Shown: in pieces, positions 53,589-63,038 of the stretch | Layout of the letters: every line of letters begins with the position of its first letter | Numbering within the stretch: position 1 is the first letter of the stretch | Virus record (IMG/VR): IMGVR_UViG_3300032303_002965 | Location: 2,315 to 66,314 of that record | Length of the DNA: 64,000 bases | From: a virus | Taxonomy: Duplodnaviria > Caudoviricetes | Direction: 5' to 3' (one strand) | The notes under the pieces: generated by a model | Told to the model about the DNA's origin: nothing | The model's database searches: none | The model's input: the letters and a program-made list of their open reading frames with translations, nothing else | Position numbers and translations under genes: made by a program

Positions 53589-56126
53589 TTATTTTTCTTT
53601 AACTTCTCCTAATTTCATATAGATTTTATGGTCTTGAATAGGTATTAAATCTGCAAATACAGTATCTTCTCCCTTTTTGCGTCCTTTAACTATCACAATA
53701 TTGCCTTCATCTGGTAGAATATTGTTCATTTCCTTGCACTCATCTATCTTGTCATTGAAGATTAATGTAGTTAATTTAGAACTTTCATCTTGAATAGATA
53801 GCCTTAAATATCTTGTCTTTTTAGAGTTATTAGCTACTCCTAGATATTGCTCTTTTATTATACCTATAAATAATACTGGTAATCCTTCTGGAGCTTCATT
53901 GACTTCTCTTATATTTAATAAATCTGGCTTTTGATCAGAGAATATGTCCTTTAATGTAGTATTATATGTATAGCCCAATAGCTTATTTTCATAATACCAA
54001 TTAGCAAATCTTTCATTTCTGCTGTTTTGTTCGTATATTTTCTTATAAGGATCATACGATTTTCTTATAGTTTCTAGTCTTGTATTTTTGATAATCTGCT
54101 TGCCTTTTTCATCTTTTGTATTATTTAAGAATTTAATTATTTTAAATAGATCATAATCAAACTTTTCTCCATACATCATGCAATATTTTTGCTCGTTTTG
54201 GGTTAATATATTCCATAGTTGAGCTTCTAGTACTACCTTGCTTCTTGATTGTTTAAAATTCTCTAAAGCACCAGCTTGAATCAATGGAGATAAAACTCTA
54301 ATAGATAATTTAGCTTGTTGAGCGGACTTAAATACATCAAATTTTGTAGCATACTTGCTTCTAAAGTTATTTAACCTCTCGATTGATTTATCGCTAATTC
54401 CTTTGATAGATAACAATCCAAATCTAATATCATTTCCTTCAACACTAAAATCCATTTCAGAATTAATAATATGTGGTGGTAGAAGTTTGATATTAAACAA
54501 ATCCATTTCTTTATGAATCTTTGATATTTCACTAATAGGATCTGGTTCATATCTTGTCATTTTCAATAAAGATAAGAAAAATTCCCTAGGGTATTTAAAC
54601 TTTAAATAAATTGTAATTGCTGCTAGACCTGCATAGCTTTGACTATGACTAGCATTAAATGAGTAATTCGCAGAATCTTCTAGAATTTTCCATAAAATTT
54701 CTCCAATTTCCTTTGGAAGATTGTTTGATGCACATTTTTTTTCGATCTTCTCTTTCCATTCTTTAATCTCTTCTACCTTCTTTTTACCTACGATTCTTCT
54801 TAAGATCTCCGCTTGATCTAATGTAAATCCGATTTTATGTGCCATTTGCATCAATTGTTCTTGATACAAAGCTAATCCACCAGTTCTTTTTAATGTTTCG
54901 TCAAAGAATGGATGAACAGATTGATACTCTCCTGTTTCTACATATTTCGCATATTGATCAACGAATTGTAACGCTCCAGGTCTTGCTAATGCTAATACTG
55001 CGCTTAATTCTTCTGAATTTCTTGGTCTGACTTTCCTGCAAACTTTAAAATTTGTATCCGCTTCGATTTGAAACAGTCCATGAGGGCTTCTTAGGTCTTG
55101 TAGCTGTTGATATATAAAAACGTCTTCTGTATCAATATCTTCAATTTTTAAATTGATCATACGGCACACATCATAAACAACTGAAACGCTTCTTAAACCT
55201 AGCAAATCAAGCTTTACATTAAATTGGCTAATATCATTCATATCAAAAGCACTAACTGGCTCTTTATCAGATGATAACTCTAGTGGGCATGCCTCAGATA
55301 AAGGTGCATGAGATATTTGAACTCCAGAAGGATGAACACCTTTATTTTTAATAAGATTTCTTAATTTTAAAGCTATGTTATAAATCTCTTGGTTTTCATC
55401 ACACCATTCTTTAAATTTTTCTACTTCATTATATGCTTCTGAAATATCTTTTACTTGTCCGAATACTTTTGGAATTAAACTGCTTACGCTTGTCATTTCC
55501 GTTTCACTTTTTTCTTCTACAATTTTACCACACTCTTTAATTAAGAGTTTTCCACTCAAGGTATTAAATGTCAAGATTTTACTAATTCTATTAGGAAAGA
55601 CTTCATTTAAAAATTCAATAACTTTATGACGATTATAATAACAAATATCTAAATCAACGTCACACATTAAACTTCCATCCAAGTATGTTATTCCATCAAC
55701 AACTTGCTTTTTAGCTCGAATCTTAGATATAAATCTTTCGAAATAAAGGTTATGTTTAATTGGGTCGATTTTAGTGACTCCAATTAAAAATAGAATTAAG
55801 CTACCTGCTGCACTGCCTCTTCCTAGACCAGTTGGAATTTCATTCTCTTTGCAATAATTAATAACCAACCATACAAGAATTATATAATCAATAAACCCAA
55901 GATCTTCAATAATTTCAAATTCGTGATCTAGTCGTTTTTTGTATTCTGACTTTTTAGGTAAATTGTTATAAGCTAGCTTTTTTAAGAAGTCTGTATTTGA
56001 AGCATCTTCGGATAAGCCTAGTTTTCTTTTATGATCTACTTTTACTTTAAATTCTGGTAATCTTACCCCATATAAGGGTAAATCAATTTTTTGAAATGAG
56101 TTTACAAAATCAAGCGTCTTCGTCAT
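53589..56126 (-). CDS. dnaE: DNA polymerase III alpha core lacking the PHP domain (likely start ATG 56126)
   Basis: GF.DYI..V; GLGRGSAAGSL..F.IG.T.IDP; catalytic DVDLD; HPSGV; KLDLLGL; YQEQLM; YSFNASHS..YA; IRFGLLSIKG; C-terminal OB fold. Confidence 0.93.
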   Translation of the reverse strand: MTKTLDFVNSFQKIDLPLYGVRLPEFKVKVDHKRKLGLSEDASNTDFLKKLAYNNLPKKSEYKKRLDHEFEIIEDLGFIDYIILVWLVINYCKENEIPTGLGRGSAAGSLILFLIGVTKIDPIKHNLYFERFISKIRAKKQVVDGITYLDGSLMCDVDLDICYYNRHKVIEFLNEVFPNRISKILTFNTLSGKLLIKECGKIVEEKSETEMTSVSSLIPKVFGQVKDISEAYNEVEKFKEWCDENQEIYNIALKLRNLIKNKGVHPSGVQISHAPLSEACPLELSSDKEPVSAFDMNDISQFNVKLDLLGLRSVSVVYDVCRMINLKIEDIDTEDVFIYQQLQDLRSPHGLFQIEADTNFKVCRKVRPRNSEELSAVLALARPGALQFVDQYAKYVETGEYQSVHPFFDETLKRTGGLALYQEQLMQMAHKIGFTLDQAEILRRIVGKKKVEEIKEWKEKIEKKCASNNLPKEIGEILWKILEDSANYSFNASHSQSYAGLAAITIYLKFKYPREFFLSLLKMTRYEPDPISEISKIHKEMDLFNIKLLPPHIINSEMDFSVEGNDIRFGLLSIKGISDKSIERLNNFRSKYATKFDVFKSAQQAKLSIRVLSPLIQAGALENFKQSRSKVVLEAQLWNILTQNEQKYCMMYGEKFDYDLFKIIKFLNNTKDEKGKQIIKNTRLETIRKSYDPYKKIYEQNSRNERFANWYYENKLLGYTYNTTLKDIFSDQKPDLLNIREVNEAPEGLPVLFIGIIKEQYLGVANNSKKTRYLRLSIQDESSKLTTLIFNDKIDECKEMNNILPDEGNIVIVKGRKKGEDTVFADLIPIQDHKIYMKLGEVKEK

Positions 56127-56364
56127 CTGTCTTTTTCTTGCGTTTTTTAGTTGATTTAAACTTGTTGATGGATTTATCAATGTTAGCTTGAAACTCTTTT
56201 AAACCCTCTCTCAAAGCAGAAAAAGATTTTTCTTCATTATTCAAAGAATAAAATACATCAGCTTTACTATTTGCCTTACCATGCTGCAAAGTAATAAATA
56301 GATAATCTATATTTTCCTTTTCTAGTTTAGATAGAATGTCGTATATATGATCCATTGATGCCAT
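56110..56364 (-). CDS. Hypothetical protein (84 aa), Lys-rich C-terminus
   Basis: Has its own sigma70-type promoter and overlaps the dnaE start. Confidence 0.6.
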   Translation of the reverse strand: MASMDHIYDILSKLEKENIDYLFITLQHGKANSKADVFYSLNNEEKSFSALREGLKEFQANIDKSINKFKSTKKRKKKTDDEDA

Positions 56365-56370
56365 ATGAGT

Positions 56371-56399
56371 ATTATATAACTTTGTTGATTAAAATGCAA
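56371..56399 (-). promoter_or_regulatory. sigma70-type promoter TTGCAT-N17-TATAAT
   Basis: -35 at 56394-56399, -10 at 56371-56376. Confidence 0.7.
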
Positions 56400-57041
56400 T
56401 CAAATATTAACCATGTATTTTATTTTATTCCAAACTTTGAAATTTAACTCTAAATCGGATAGAGCATTATGTAAGGAATTATAATCATGATCAATATCTA
56501 GATCTTTTCCTGCTGCGGTTAGATTAGTTTTAACATTTTTAACTTTTGTATGATAGAGCTTATACATATATTCTGGTAATGATTCTTTTTTAGAATCAAA
56601 AGCGTTTGAAGTCTTTATTCCTTTATATATTAAATTTGTATCTATGCTTTTAGAAATAAAATCGTAAGGTTTTAAATTCATGAATTTATAATATTCACTA
56701 AGAAGATATAAATCAAAACCCAATATATTGTGTCCAATTATATAGTCTGCTTTCTCAATCCACTCTCTTAAAGTAGGAAAGAACAACTCTGGATCAATAC
56801 CATTCTTTTGGATATTCTTTGGATCATATCTTGTTATTCTTGCTGCGTCTTTGCTTATTTTTAAGTCGGTCTTCCACTTTAAATAGATATCCTTACTGTC
56901 AATGATTTTATCTCCTTGACATTTTAGCATCGCAATTTGCCAAGGAATATTATGACAAAAATTAAGGCATAGATTTAGAGTTTCACAATCTATGAAAAGT
57001 AAAGTTTTATTCTTGTCGAATCTTAAAAGATGCTCGTCCAT
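56400..57041 (-). CDS. DEDDh 3'-5' exonuclease (DnaQ/epsilon-like)
   Basis: FIDCET (ExoI), GHNILGFDL (ExoII), HNALSDL (ExoIII). Confidence 0.88.
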   Translation of the reverse strand: MDEHLLRFDKNKTLLFIDCETLNLCLNFCHNIPWQIAMLKCQGDKIIDSKDIYLKWKTDLKISKDAARITRYDPKNIQKNGIDPELFFPTLREWIEKADYIIGHNILGFDLYLLSEYYKFMNLKPYDFISKSIDTNLIYKGIKTSNAFDSKKESLPEYMYKLYHTKVKNVKTNLTAAGKDLDIDHDYNSLHNALSDLELNFKVWNKIKYMVNI

Positions 57042-57042
57042 A

Positions 57043-57516
57043 TTAGAAATTTAGTGGATCAAATTTTATATTAACTTCTTCTGGTTGACCTAGATTCTTG
57101 AGCCAGTTAATGTATTCTTCTTCATTTAAAGTTGTCCAATCTCCTCCTTTTGATAAGTTATATATTGTATAGTAGCTTAAGTTCTTTAAGAATGCAACGA
57201 TATAAACATCTACTCCCAAGCTTTTTGCTACATGAGTTATAGTATATTTTTGAGTATCTCTAGTTTCAAATCGGTTTATTATGGCTTTAAAGTAATTTGG
57301 GCCTGGAACTCTATCGTCATCTATTCTGGTCATTTCTAATACTGCTACTGGAACCATTTGACTATCAATAACTCTCCATTCGATTTGATCTACATCAGTA
57401 GTATACAATTTATTTAATTTATACTTCCATAGTCTGTAATCTATAAGACGATCTTCTCTGTCTTCTCTTTGCCGAGTTTTTCCACCATATGAATTTACTT
57501 TTTTAATTAAGTTCAT
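57043..57516 (-). CDS. Hypothetical protein, possibly PD-(D/E)XK nuclease-like
   Basis: TTDVDQIEW...VAVLEMT pattern followed by a helix and VYIVAF strand. Confidence 0.35.
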   Translation of the reverse strand: MNLIKKVNSYGGKTRQREDREDRLIDYRLWKYKLNKLYTTDVDQIEWRVIDSQMVPVAVLEMTRIDDDRVPGPNYFKAIINRFETRDTQKYTITHVAKSLGVDVYIVAFLKNLSYYTIYNLSKGGDWTTLNEEEYINWLKNLGQPEEVNIKFDPLNF

Positions 57517-58274
57517 TTTTTATTTTGCTCCATCCAGCTTTCAAAACAGAATTCATTACTAGACATATGTTCCATTTCTGGCTTATTTAAAGTTGTTCTA
57601 TTATTAATACATCTGAATGTTAAAAAGCTTTTAAAGTCTTTTTTGTTCTTGTAATATATACTTTTACTTTTAAACAGATCTAAGTTATTTAATTTAGCAT
57701 AATCTGTCATTTTCTTCTTAACTAAAGGATCGAAAATCAAAGAATTATCTTCAATAAAAACAGAAGGTTTAAAATTTTCAACAAAAGGTAAACATTGATA
57801 TCCCTTAAGAGCATTATTAAATATAAAGTTGTCATAAAATGGTAAAGCTAACTTAATGTTATGACTAAAATTCTCCTTTAAAATATTCATATCTAGCCTT
57901 GGAGTATAATAAAATCCATCTGTACTTGCTTTTGTCCATAGTTTAATTAATGTTTTATATCCTTCATCTCCATCTGCAAATACTATAATTTTATGATGTT
58001 TCTTAAGTTCTTCTTCATTTTTATTTAAATGATTATCACAAAATACAAATTTAATACCGAAAATTAAATCAACATTTATGGCCTTTAAATTTTTATATGC
58101 TTGTAAGAAACCACTAAAACAATCTTCTACTAGAAATAACTTTTTTAATTTATTGTCTTTTGCTATTTGAATAATAGAATCTGGTTCGTTATCGTCTTGA
58201 ATGCCTTCCTCAAGAGTTAATATACTTTTACCTATTGAAAAATGACTTTTAAACAAAGGTATTATATTGTACAT
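57513..58274 (-). CDS. Stand-alone PHP domain of DNA polymerase III alpha, metal ligands degenerate
   Basis: PLFKSHFSIGKS; G...AYK......DLIFGI; A..DEGYK.LIKL.T.A..DGFYYTPRLD. Confidence 0.82.
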   Translation of the reverse strand: MYNIIPLFKSHFSIGKSILTLEEGIQDDNEPDSIIQIAKDNKLKKLFLVEDCFSGFLQAYKNLKAINVDLIFGIKFVFCDNHLNKNEEELKKHHKIIVFADGDEGYKTLIKLWTKASTDGFYYTPRLDMNILKENFSHNIKLALPFYDNFIFNNALKGYQCLPFVENFKPSVFIEDNSLIFDPLVKKKMTDYAKLNNLDLFKSKSIYYKNKKDFKSFLTFRCINNRTTLNKPEMEHMSSNEFCFESWMEQNKK

Positions 58275-58280
58275 AGAATA

Positions 58281-58309
58281 TTTATACTTTAATTTAAAAT
58301 ATGTGTCAA
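58281..58309 (-). promoter_or_regulatory. sigma70-type promoter TTGACA-N17-TATAAA
   Basis: -35 at 58304-58309, -10 at 58281-58286. Confidence 0.7.
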
Positions 58310-59298
58310 GTCAAATCTTGAAAATCATCTTTTGTTTTAGGAGACATTTCTTCAAGAATATCGTTTGTAGATTGATTAATAGATATATTGTTAAATCTTG
58401 GACATCCTGCATATTTTCTTTTTTCTATCTTAAATCCTTTTATATCTTTAAATTGACCATTAAAATTTGATTCTATAATCTCATTTTTATCATTTAATTT
58501 AACATAATATTCAAATGAGTCTTTATAGGGGCACTTCCAATTGCCTACTCCACACATCCATTTACTTTTAGGATTATCTGAAGCGAAATTTGATTCGGCA
58601 CTCTTAATATTAAAATTATTTATATATGTATTTACGTATTCTAAATAGTGCTCAAATCCTTTAATTTGATCATCGTCAAATTCAAGTTCTTGAATTGGTT
58701 GCTTCGGAAACCTCAAAAATAGAAAACGAACTATAGGTTTAAGTTTTGGCCATAATTTTTTACTAGCAAGACTATACATCATGGCTTGAATATTAGCTTC
58801 AAGGTCATCCCCTCTGAATTTAGCTTTAGAGCTTTTATAGTCAACTATTATCATTTTATTTTTCGTTTTAATTGGCTTATCTATAAAACCCTTAACATGA
58901 TATTTTGGGTTATCGCTTTTTATTTCAAATGCGTATTCTGGAGATACAATTTTACCATCTTCTCCATAAAAATCATGTTTTAGTCCAACGAGAATCATCT
59001 CATCTAAAATTTCAAAATTTGATATATCTAGTGGAGCTTGATTGATTAATTTAATAACTAATCGTTTTATAGCTTTACTACCTTTAATAGAATTGCTTTT
59101 AATGATAGAATAAAAATGTTTTTTATGTTTTTTATTTAAAAGAAGTTCAAAAATTTTGTGACAAACAGTACCTCTTAGTGCTCCATCATTATTTGTTTGA
59201 GGAACTTTAGTATGATAGTTATTCCAGTACACCCAAGAACATGTTTCAAGAGTTTTAATTCTAGAAGCTGATAATATTTTTACAGGTTTGTTTTCCAT
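58306..59298 (-). CDS. PD-(D/E)XK exonuclease, Cas4/AddB-like
   Basis: LSASRIKTLETC; GT..H..FE; KGFIDK...IVDYKSS; Q..MY; C-terminal cysteines (WMC, WKCP, GCP). Confidence 0.85.
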   Translation of the reverse strand: MENKPVKILSASRIKTLETCSWVYWNNYHTKVPQTNNDGALRGTVCHKIFELLLNKKHKKHFYSIIKSNSIKGSKAIKRLVIKLINQAPLDISNFEILDEMILVGLKHDFYGEDGKIVSPEYAFEIKSDNPKYHVKGFIDKPIKTKNKMIIVDYKSSKAKFRGDDLEANIQAMMYSLASKKLWPKLKPIVRFLFLRFPKQPIQELEFDDDQIKGFEHYLEYVNTYINNFNIKSAESNFASDNPKSKWMCGVGNWKCPYKDSFEYYVKLNDKNEIIESNFNGQFKDIKGFKIEKRKYAGCPRFNNISINQSTNDILEEMSPKTKDDFQDLT

Positions 59299-60188
59299 TG
59301 ATTTATTTCTTCTTTTGACATTTCGCCAAAGTCTTTTTTTGTTGGTAAAGCTATTTGTATTTGATGTCTATCAAAATGTTTTAATAATTTATCTTTGGTT
59401 TTTTCTGACGCTAAATTACCAGCTTTATTTTTGAATTCATCATTATTAAATGATATGTAAATTTTGCTTGGATTGAGTATTAACAAAGTATTTAATATGC
59501 TTGTACTTAAATTTAAACCAAATGTAACAATTGTATTTTTAATATCAGCTTCCCATAAACTTAACATATCGCCTATGCTTTCTACAAGAAAAATTTGTTT
59601 AGATTCTGATAATATATTAGAATTAACTTGAAGAGGATATCTCCAATTAGATTTATCTCCAATTAGTTTCCATTTAGGACAAAGTTTTTCATTTCGATTT
59701 AAAATATCTCTACCTGCTACTCCAATTAATTGTCTTTGTTTATCGAAAATAGGAAACACATATCTTCCTTTCATTCTTCCTTCTTTTAAAATGCCTCCTT
59801 CAAAAATATTCATTGTATTATCACAAATATTCCTTTTATTCCAAAATGAATGATCTTTGACTAAATTCGATAATACGTCTGAAGAATAACATTTAACTTG
59901 TTTTATTTCTGGTTTTTTATATACAGTATATCCAGTTGATGTTGGAGCTTTTTGATTGATCCATTCTTTTGCTTCGGTATTGTTTGGTAAATTTAAAGTC
60001 ATCCTAACTAAATCTTGCAAACTACCTGTTAAATTTTCTTTAAAATCTATCCATTTACCAGAGTCTTTATAAATAACTAGTACATTTTCATTATCTGAGT
60101 CTCTATATAAAGGTCTTGTACGATATTCTTTTGAATATTCTTTAAGATTGTAACCTAAATTAGATAGAACTTCTTTTATGTTGTCCAT
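59280..60188 (-). CDS. DNA primase (TOPRIM)
   Basis: GRYVFPI.D....L.GVAGR; PKWK; IFLVESIGDMLSLW; YISFNND...AG..A. Confidence 0.87.
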   Translation of the reverse strand: MDNIKEVLSNLGYNLKEYSKEYRTRPLYRDSDNENVLVIYKDSGKWIDFKENLTGSLQDLVRMTLNLPNNTEAKEWINQKAPTSTGYTVYKKPEIKQVKCYSSDVLSNLVKDHSFWNKRNICDNTMNIFEGGILKEGRMKGRYVFPIFDKQRQLIGVAGRDILNRNEKLCPKWKLIGDKSNWRYPLQVNSNILSESKQIFLVESIGDMLSLWEADIKNTIVTFGLNLSTSILNTLLILNPSKIYISFNNDEFKNKAGNLASEKTKDKLLKHFDRHQIQIALPTKKDFGEMSKEEINQWKTNL

Positions 60189-60832
60189 TGTAATGCTTCA
60201 CTAATAGTTGGAAATTCTTTCACAAAAATCTTTTTGCATTTATCAGCTATAATCCTATGTTCTTTTTGAGTATTTTGTTCTGTTCTTAAATCTATATAAT
60301 GAATCCAACTTCTCAAAGATCCTTTCATATACATTGTAGTTTGAGTAGTTAATGGTAAAATCATTCTTGCTATTTCTTTTGCTATGCCATTTTCTATCAT
60401 TTTATCATAAGCATTTGTTGAAAATATAATAGCTTTTTCAATAGAGTCTTTTAGATCTTCATACCTTAAGTCATTTGTGTCAAAAAGTTTTTCTCCAACT
60501 TGACGATTTTTATCTCCTTGAAGTCTTAATTCAATGTTTTCAAATTCTGTTGCAATGCTATATCTTTGACTAAATTCTTGGAAAGAAAATGATCTATGTC
60601 TTAGTATCTGAGCTGCGATTGCTCTGCTAGTTTTTATTTCTACTGTCATATCAACCATTTCAAATGGAGACCAATGTTTATGTTTGATTAAAAAGCCTAA
60701 TAATTTAGGTGCAGTTTCTATATTCATTTGATTAGATGGATTGCTAACCCTAGCGCAATAAGCTACCAAATCTTCTGCATTCTTTACGCCATCTATTTCG
60801 GGATTTGTAATAGAAACTAATTTCACGTTCAT
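60176..60832 (-). CDS. thyX: Flavin-dependent thymidylate synthase
   Basis: HWSPFE; SRAIAAQILRHRSFSFQEFSQRY; KEIARMILP; R...TQKEHR. Confidence 0.97.
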   Translation of the reverse strand: MNVKLVSITNPEIDGVKNAEDLVAYCARVSNPSNQMNIETAPKLLGFLIKHKHWSPFEMVDMTVEIKTSRAIAAQILRHRSFSFQEFSQRYSIATEFENIELRLQGDKNRQVGEKLFDTNDLRYEDLKDSIEKAIIFSTNAYDKMIENGIAKEIARMILPLTTQTTMYMKGSLRSWIHYIDLRTEQNTQKEHRIIADKCKKIFVKEFPTISEALQWTT

Positions 60833-62319
60833 AATAATTCTCCATCTTGATTATTTGTGTTGTCATCAAAATCTAATCTTTCATTTTCAGCATCTACAAT
60901 TTCTCTTAATGTTCCTCTTTCTTCTACATTAAAATTACCAACTTCAAAATTAATATAATTATTAAAATATTTAAATTCATTTTCTCCAGTTCTTCTACGA
61001 ACTAAATCATGATGACCAGTGCCTTCTCTGCCTTGAAATCTTGTCTTGATTGCAATTAACTTGTGTGTTCCAAATTGTTCTCCATCTGTTTGGATTTCAT
61101 CTTGAGTTTTTCTTCTAAAGATTCCTACAAAAGATGCAAACCATTGCATTCTATCTGATAGCGCAATTGCAGAGCTATCGTCTGTAACTTGATTAGCATT
61201 TCTATTGAAATTTTCTCCAGTTCTATTTAATTGCATGGCTGTTACAACTGGGCATTTAATTTCTTCAGCAATTCTTTTTAATTTATCAATTTTTTCTCCT
61301 ATAGCTTGATGTTCTGCCCAATTTTGGCTTACTTTTTCGCCAGTCAATTTTATATAATCATAAGCTATTAATGCTTGATTGCCTCTTCCTACTTTTGTAT
61401 AATACCATCTACGAATAATCGAAGATATTTCATCAATATTTTTATTTGCGACATGATAATGATAATGCGTCATACCTTTTACTTTTGGCCAAGCATCTCT
61501 AACTTTTTGTATCATTTCTGGATTTTTTCTCCAATTACCAGTCTCAATAAACCATAATGGAACTCCAGATATGCTTGCTACAAGTCTCATTTGAGTATCT
61601 AGGGTACTCATTTCTGTATCAAGGATAAGTGCTTTAGTATTTTTATTGCACATATTTGCTGTTTTATAACAAATATCATTTAACCATGTTGATTTACCTT
61701 GGCCAGGTCTACTTACTATAGAATAAATATTGCCATGTTTTAAACCTCCATATAGATTATTAAAATTGTTATAAGGAGTTCTTAAACCAGTTTCTTCTCT
61801 TGGGTTATTACCAATTTCTTCTATAATATTTTCCATCTCTTCAAAAAGATTAATTGGTTCACCTTCTAAATAATATTGAGTTACTTTATTATTATAAATT
61901 TCATCCACTTTAGATACTATTGAGTCAATACCATCTTCTGCATTTTCTTTTACATATTTTTTTACATTTTCAGCTGTTTCAAATAACTCTCTTCTTACTT
62001 TTAATTTACTTAATTCCTTGCAAGCATTAATTGTACCTTGAGAATTAATTTGTGTTAATGCTAAAGCATCAATATATGAAAATATATCAATTTCATCTTT
62101 GAATGAAATACCTAAATTTTTAATTTTTTGAGCTAGTAATACTTTATCAATTTTATTATTTTTATTCAATTCATCTTTGATGCAAGAAAAAATTGTACTA
62201 TGAACATCATTAAAAAAATCTTTTTCTGATATAAATCTTGATGTATCAAAAAATACTTCTGGATTTCTTATTAAACCACCTAAAACATGGCGTTCAACCT
62301 GTACTGAATATATGGGCAT
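60829..62319 (-). CDS. dnaB: Replicative DNA helicase
   Basis: Walker A SRPGQGKST; LDTEMS; YDYIKL; LKRIAEE..CPV..AMQLNR; K.RF.G..G. Confidence 0.93.
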   Translation of the reverse strand: MPIYSVQVERHVLGGLIRNPEVFFDTSRFISEKDFFNDVHSTIFSCIKDELNKNNKIDKVLLAQKIKNLGISFKDEIDIFSYIDALALTQINSQGTINACKELSKLKVRRELFETAENVKKYVKENAEDGIDSIVSKVDEIYNNKVTQYYLEGEPINLFEEMENIIEEIGNNPREETGLRTPYNNFNNLYGGLKHGNIYSIVSRPGQGKSTWLNDICYKTANMCNKNTKALILDTEMSTLDTQMRLVASISGVPLWFIETGNWRKNPEMIQKVRDAWPKVKGMTHYHYHVANKNIDEISSIIRRWYYTKVGRGNQALIAYDYIKLTGEKVSQNWAEHQAIGEKIDKLKRIAEEIKCPVVTAMQLNRTGENFNRNANQVTDDSSAIALSDRMQWFASFVGIFRRKTQDEIQTDGEQFGTHKLIAIKTRFQGREGTGHHDLVRRRTGENEFKYFNNYINFEVGNFNVEERGTLREIVDAENERLDFDDNTNNQDGELL

Positions 62320-62327
62320 ACAGTATA

Positions 62328-62356
62328 ATTGTAGTATGTATTTACTTTTTAGTCAA
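62328..62356 (-). promoter_or_regulatory. sigma70-type promoter TTGACT-N17-TACAAT
   Basis: -35 at 62351-62356, -10 at 62328-62333. Confidence 0.7.
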
Positions 62357-62605
62357 CTATTCTTTTCTTTTACGTTTACTTTTGCCTAAATCTGTAATAT
62401 TTTTAATCGTACATTCAATATTTAATGAGTTTATTGCTTCTGCCCAATAATTAACATATTGTTGTAAGGCCATAGCATTTAATTGATTATCAAATTTTGT
62501 CATTACTTGAGGATCTCCTTCTGCATTAAAATTAAATAAAATAAATCCGCCAAATGAATTTTCATTTAATGCTTGCAGTAATGACTTCGGAAATTCTTTC
62601 TGCAC
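62357..62605 (-). CDS. Hypothetical protein (82 aa)
   Basis: GTG start; fits between co-oriented genes. Confidence 0.55.
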   Translation of the reverse strand: MQKEFPKSLLQALNENSFGGFILFNFNAEGDPQVMTKFDNQLNAMALQQYVNYWAEAINSLNIECTIKNITDLGKSKRKRKE

Positions 62606-62618
62606 ATAAAAATTTACA

Positions 62619-63038
62619 CTAAAATATGTTAATATCGAAATTCTCTAGGAAGAAATTTGGGGATAAATTTTTTAAATCTTTTTCATATAATTCAATAAAT
62701 TTAAAATTATTTTTTTCTAGCCATTGAGCTTTTTTACAATCTCTTTTTATACTTTGAAGATAATTCATTCTAGAATTATTATGAAAAAATTCATTAAAGC
62801 TTTCGTGTTGATCTCCATTTACTTCAACTGCAATTCGTTTTGTTGCATTTAGTAAATCAACTTTCATTAAAGATCCGTAAACTGGAAACTCTTCATAAAC
62901 AATATGATTTTTCCAATATTGTTCAAAGAATTTTTTAACATTAAATTGTATTTTGCTTCTACTTGATTTGTCCCAATTAATTAAATATTTTGAAACATTT
63001 TTATTAACTAGTTTACCATTTAAGCTATACAACCTCAT
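62619..63038 (-). CDS. Endonuclease, Vsr/DUF559-like (PD-(D/E)XK superfamily)
   Basis: YEEFPV...VDLL....IAVEVNGDQH...RD..K..W.E.N. Confidence 0.7.
   Translation of the reverse strand: MRLYSLNGKLVNKNVSKYLINWDKSSRSKIQFNVKKFFEQYWKNHIVYEEFPVYGSLMKVDLLNATKRIAVEVNGDQHESFNEFFHNNSRMNYLQSIKRDCKKAQWLEKNNFKFIELYEKDLKNLSPNFFLENFDINIF

Noticed and set aside
56127-56180. Track start at 56180 for dnaE
   Set aside because: The extension lies wholly inside the 84-aa ORF; ATG 56126, near that gene's stop, is more plausible though unproven.
56100-57600. Trans-splicing split intein joining PHP and DnaE core
   Set aside because: The PHP ORF ends ...WMEQNKK with no intein-N block, and the core start has no intein-C (HN-C/S/T) motif.
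58306-59298. CRISPR-Cas locus suggested by the Cas4-like gene
   Set aside because: No repeat-spacer array or other cas genes seen; stand-alone Cas4-like nucleases are common in phage replication modules.
62614-62619. GTGTAA motif on the minus strand before the 82-aa ORF
   Set aside because: It overlaps a stop codon in the replication block, has a weaker extended match, and the 6-mer is frequent by chance; not counted as a late promoter.
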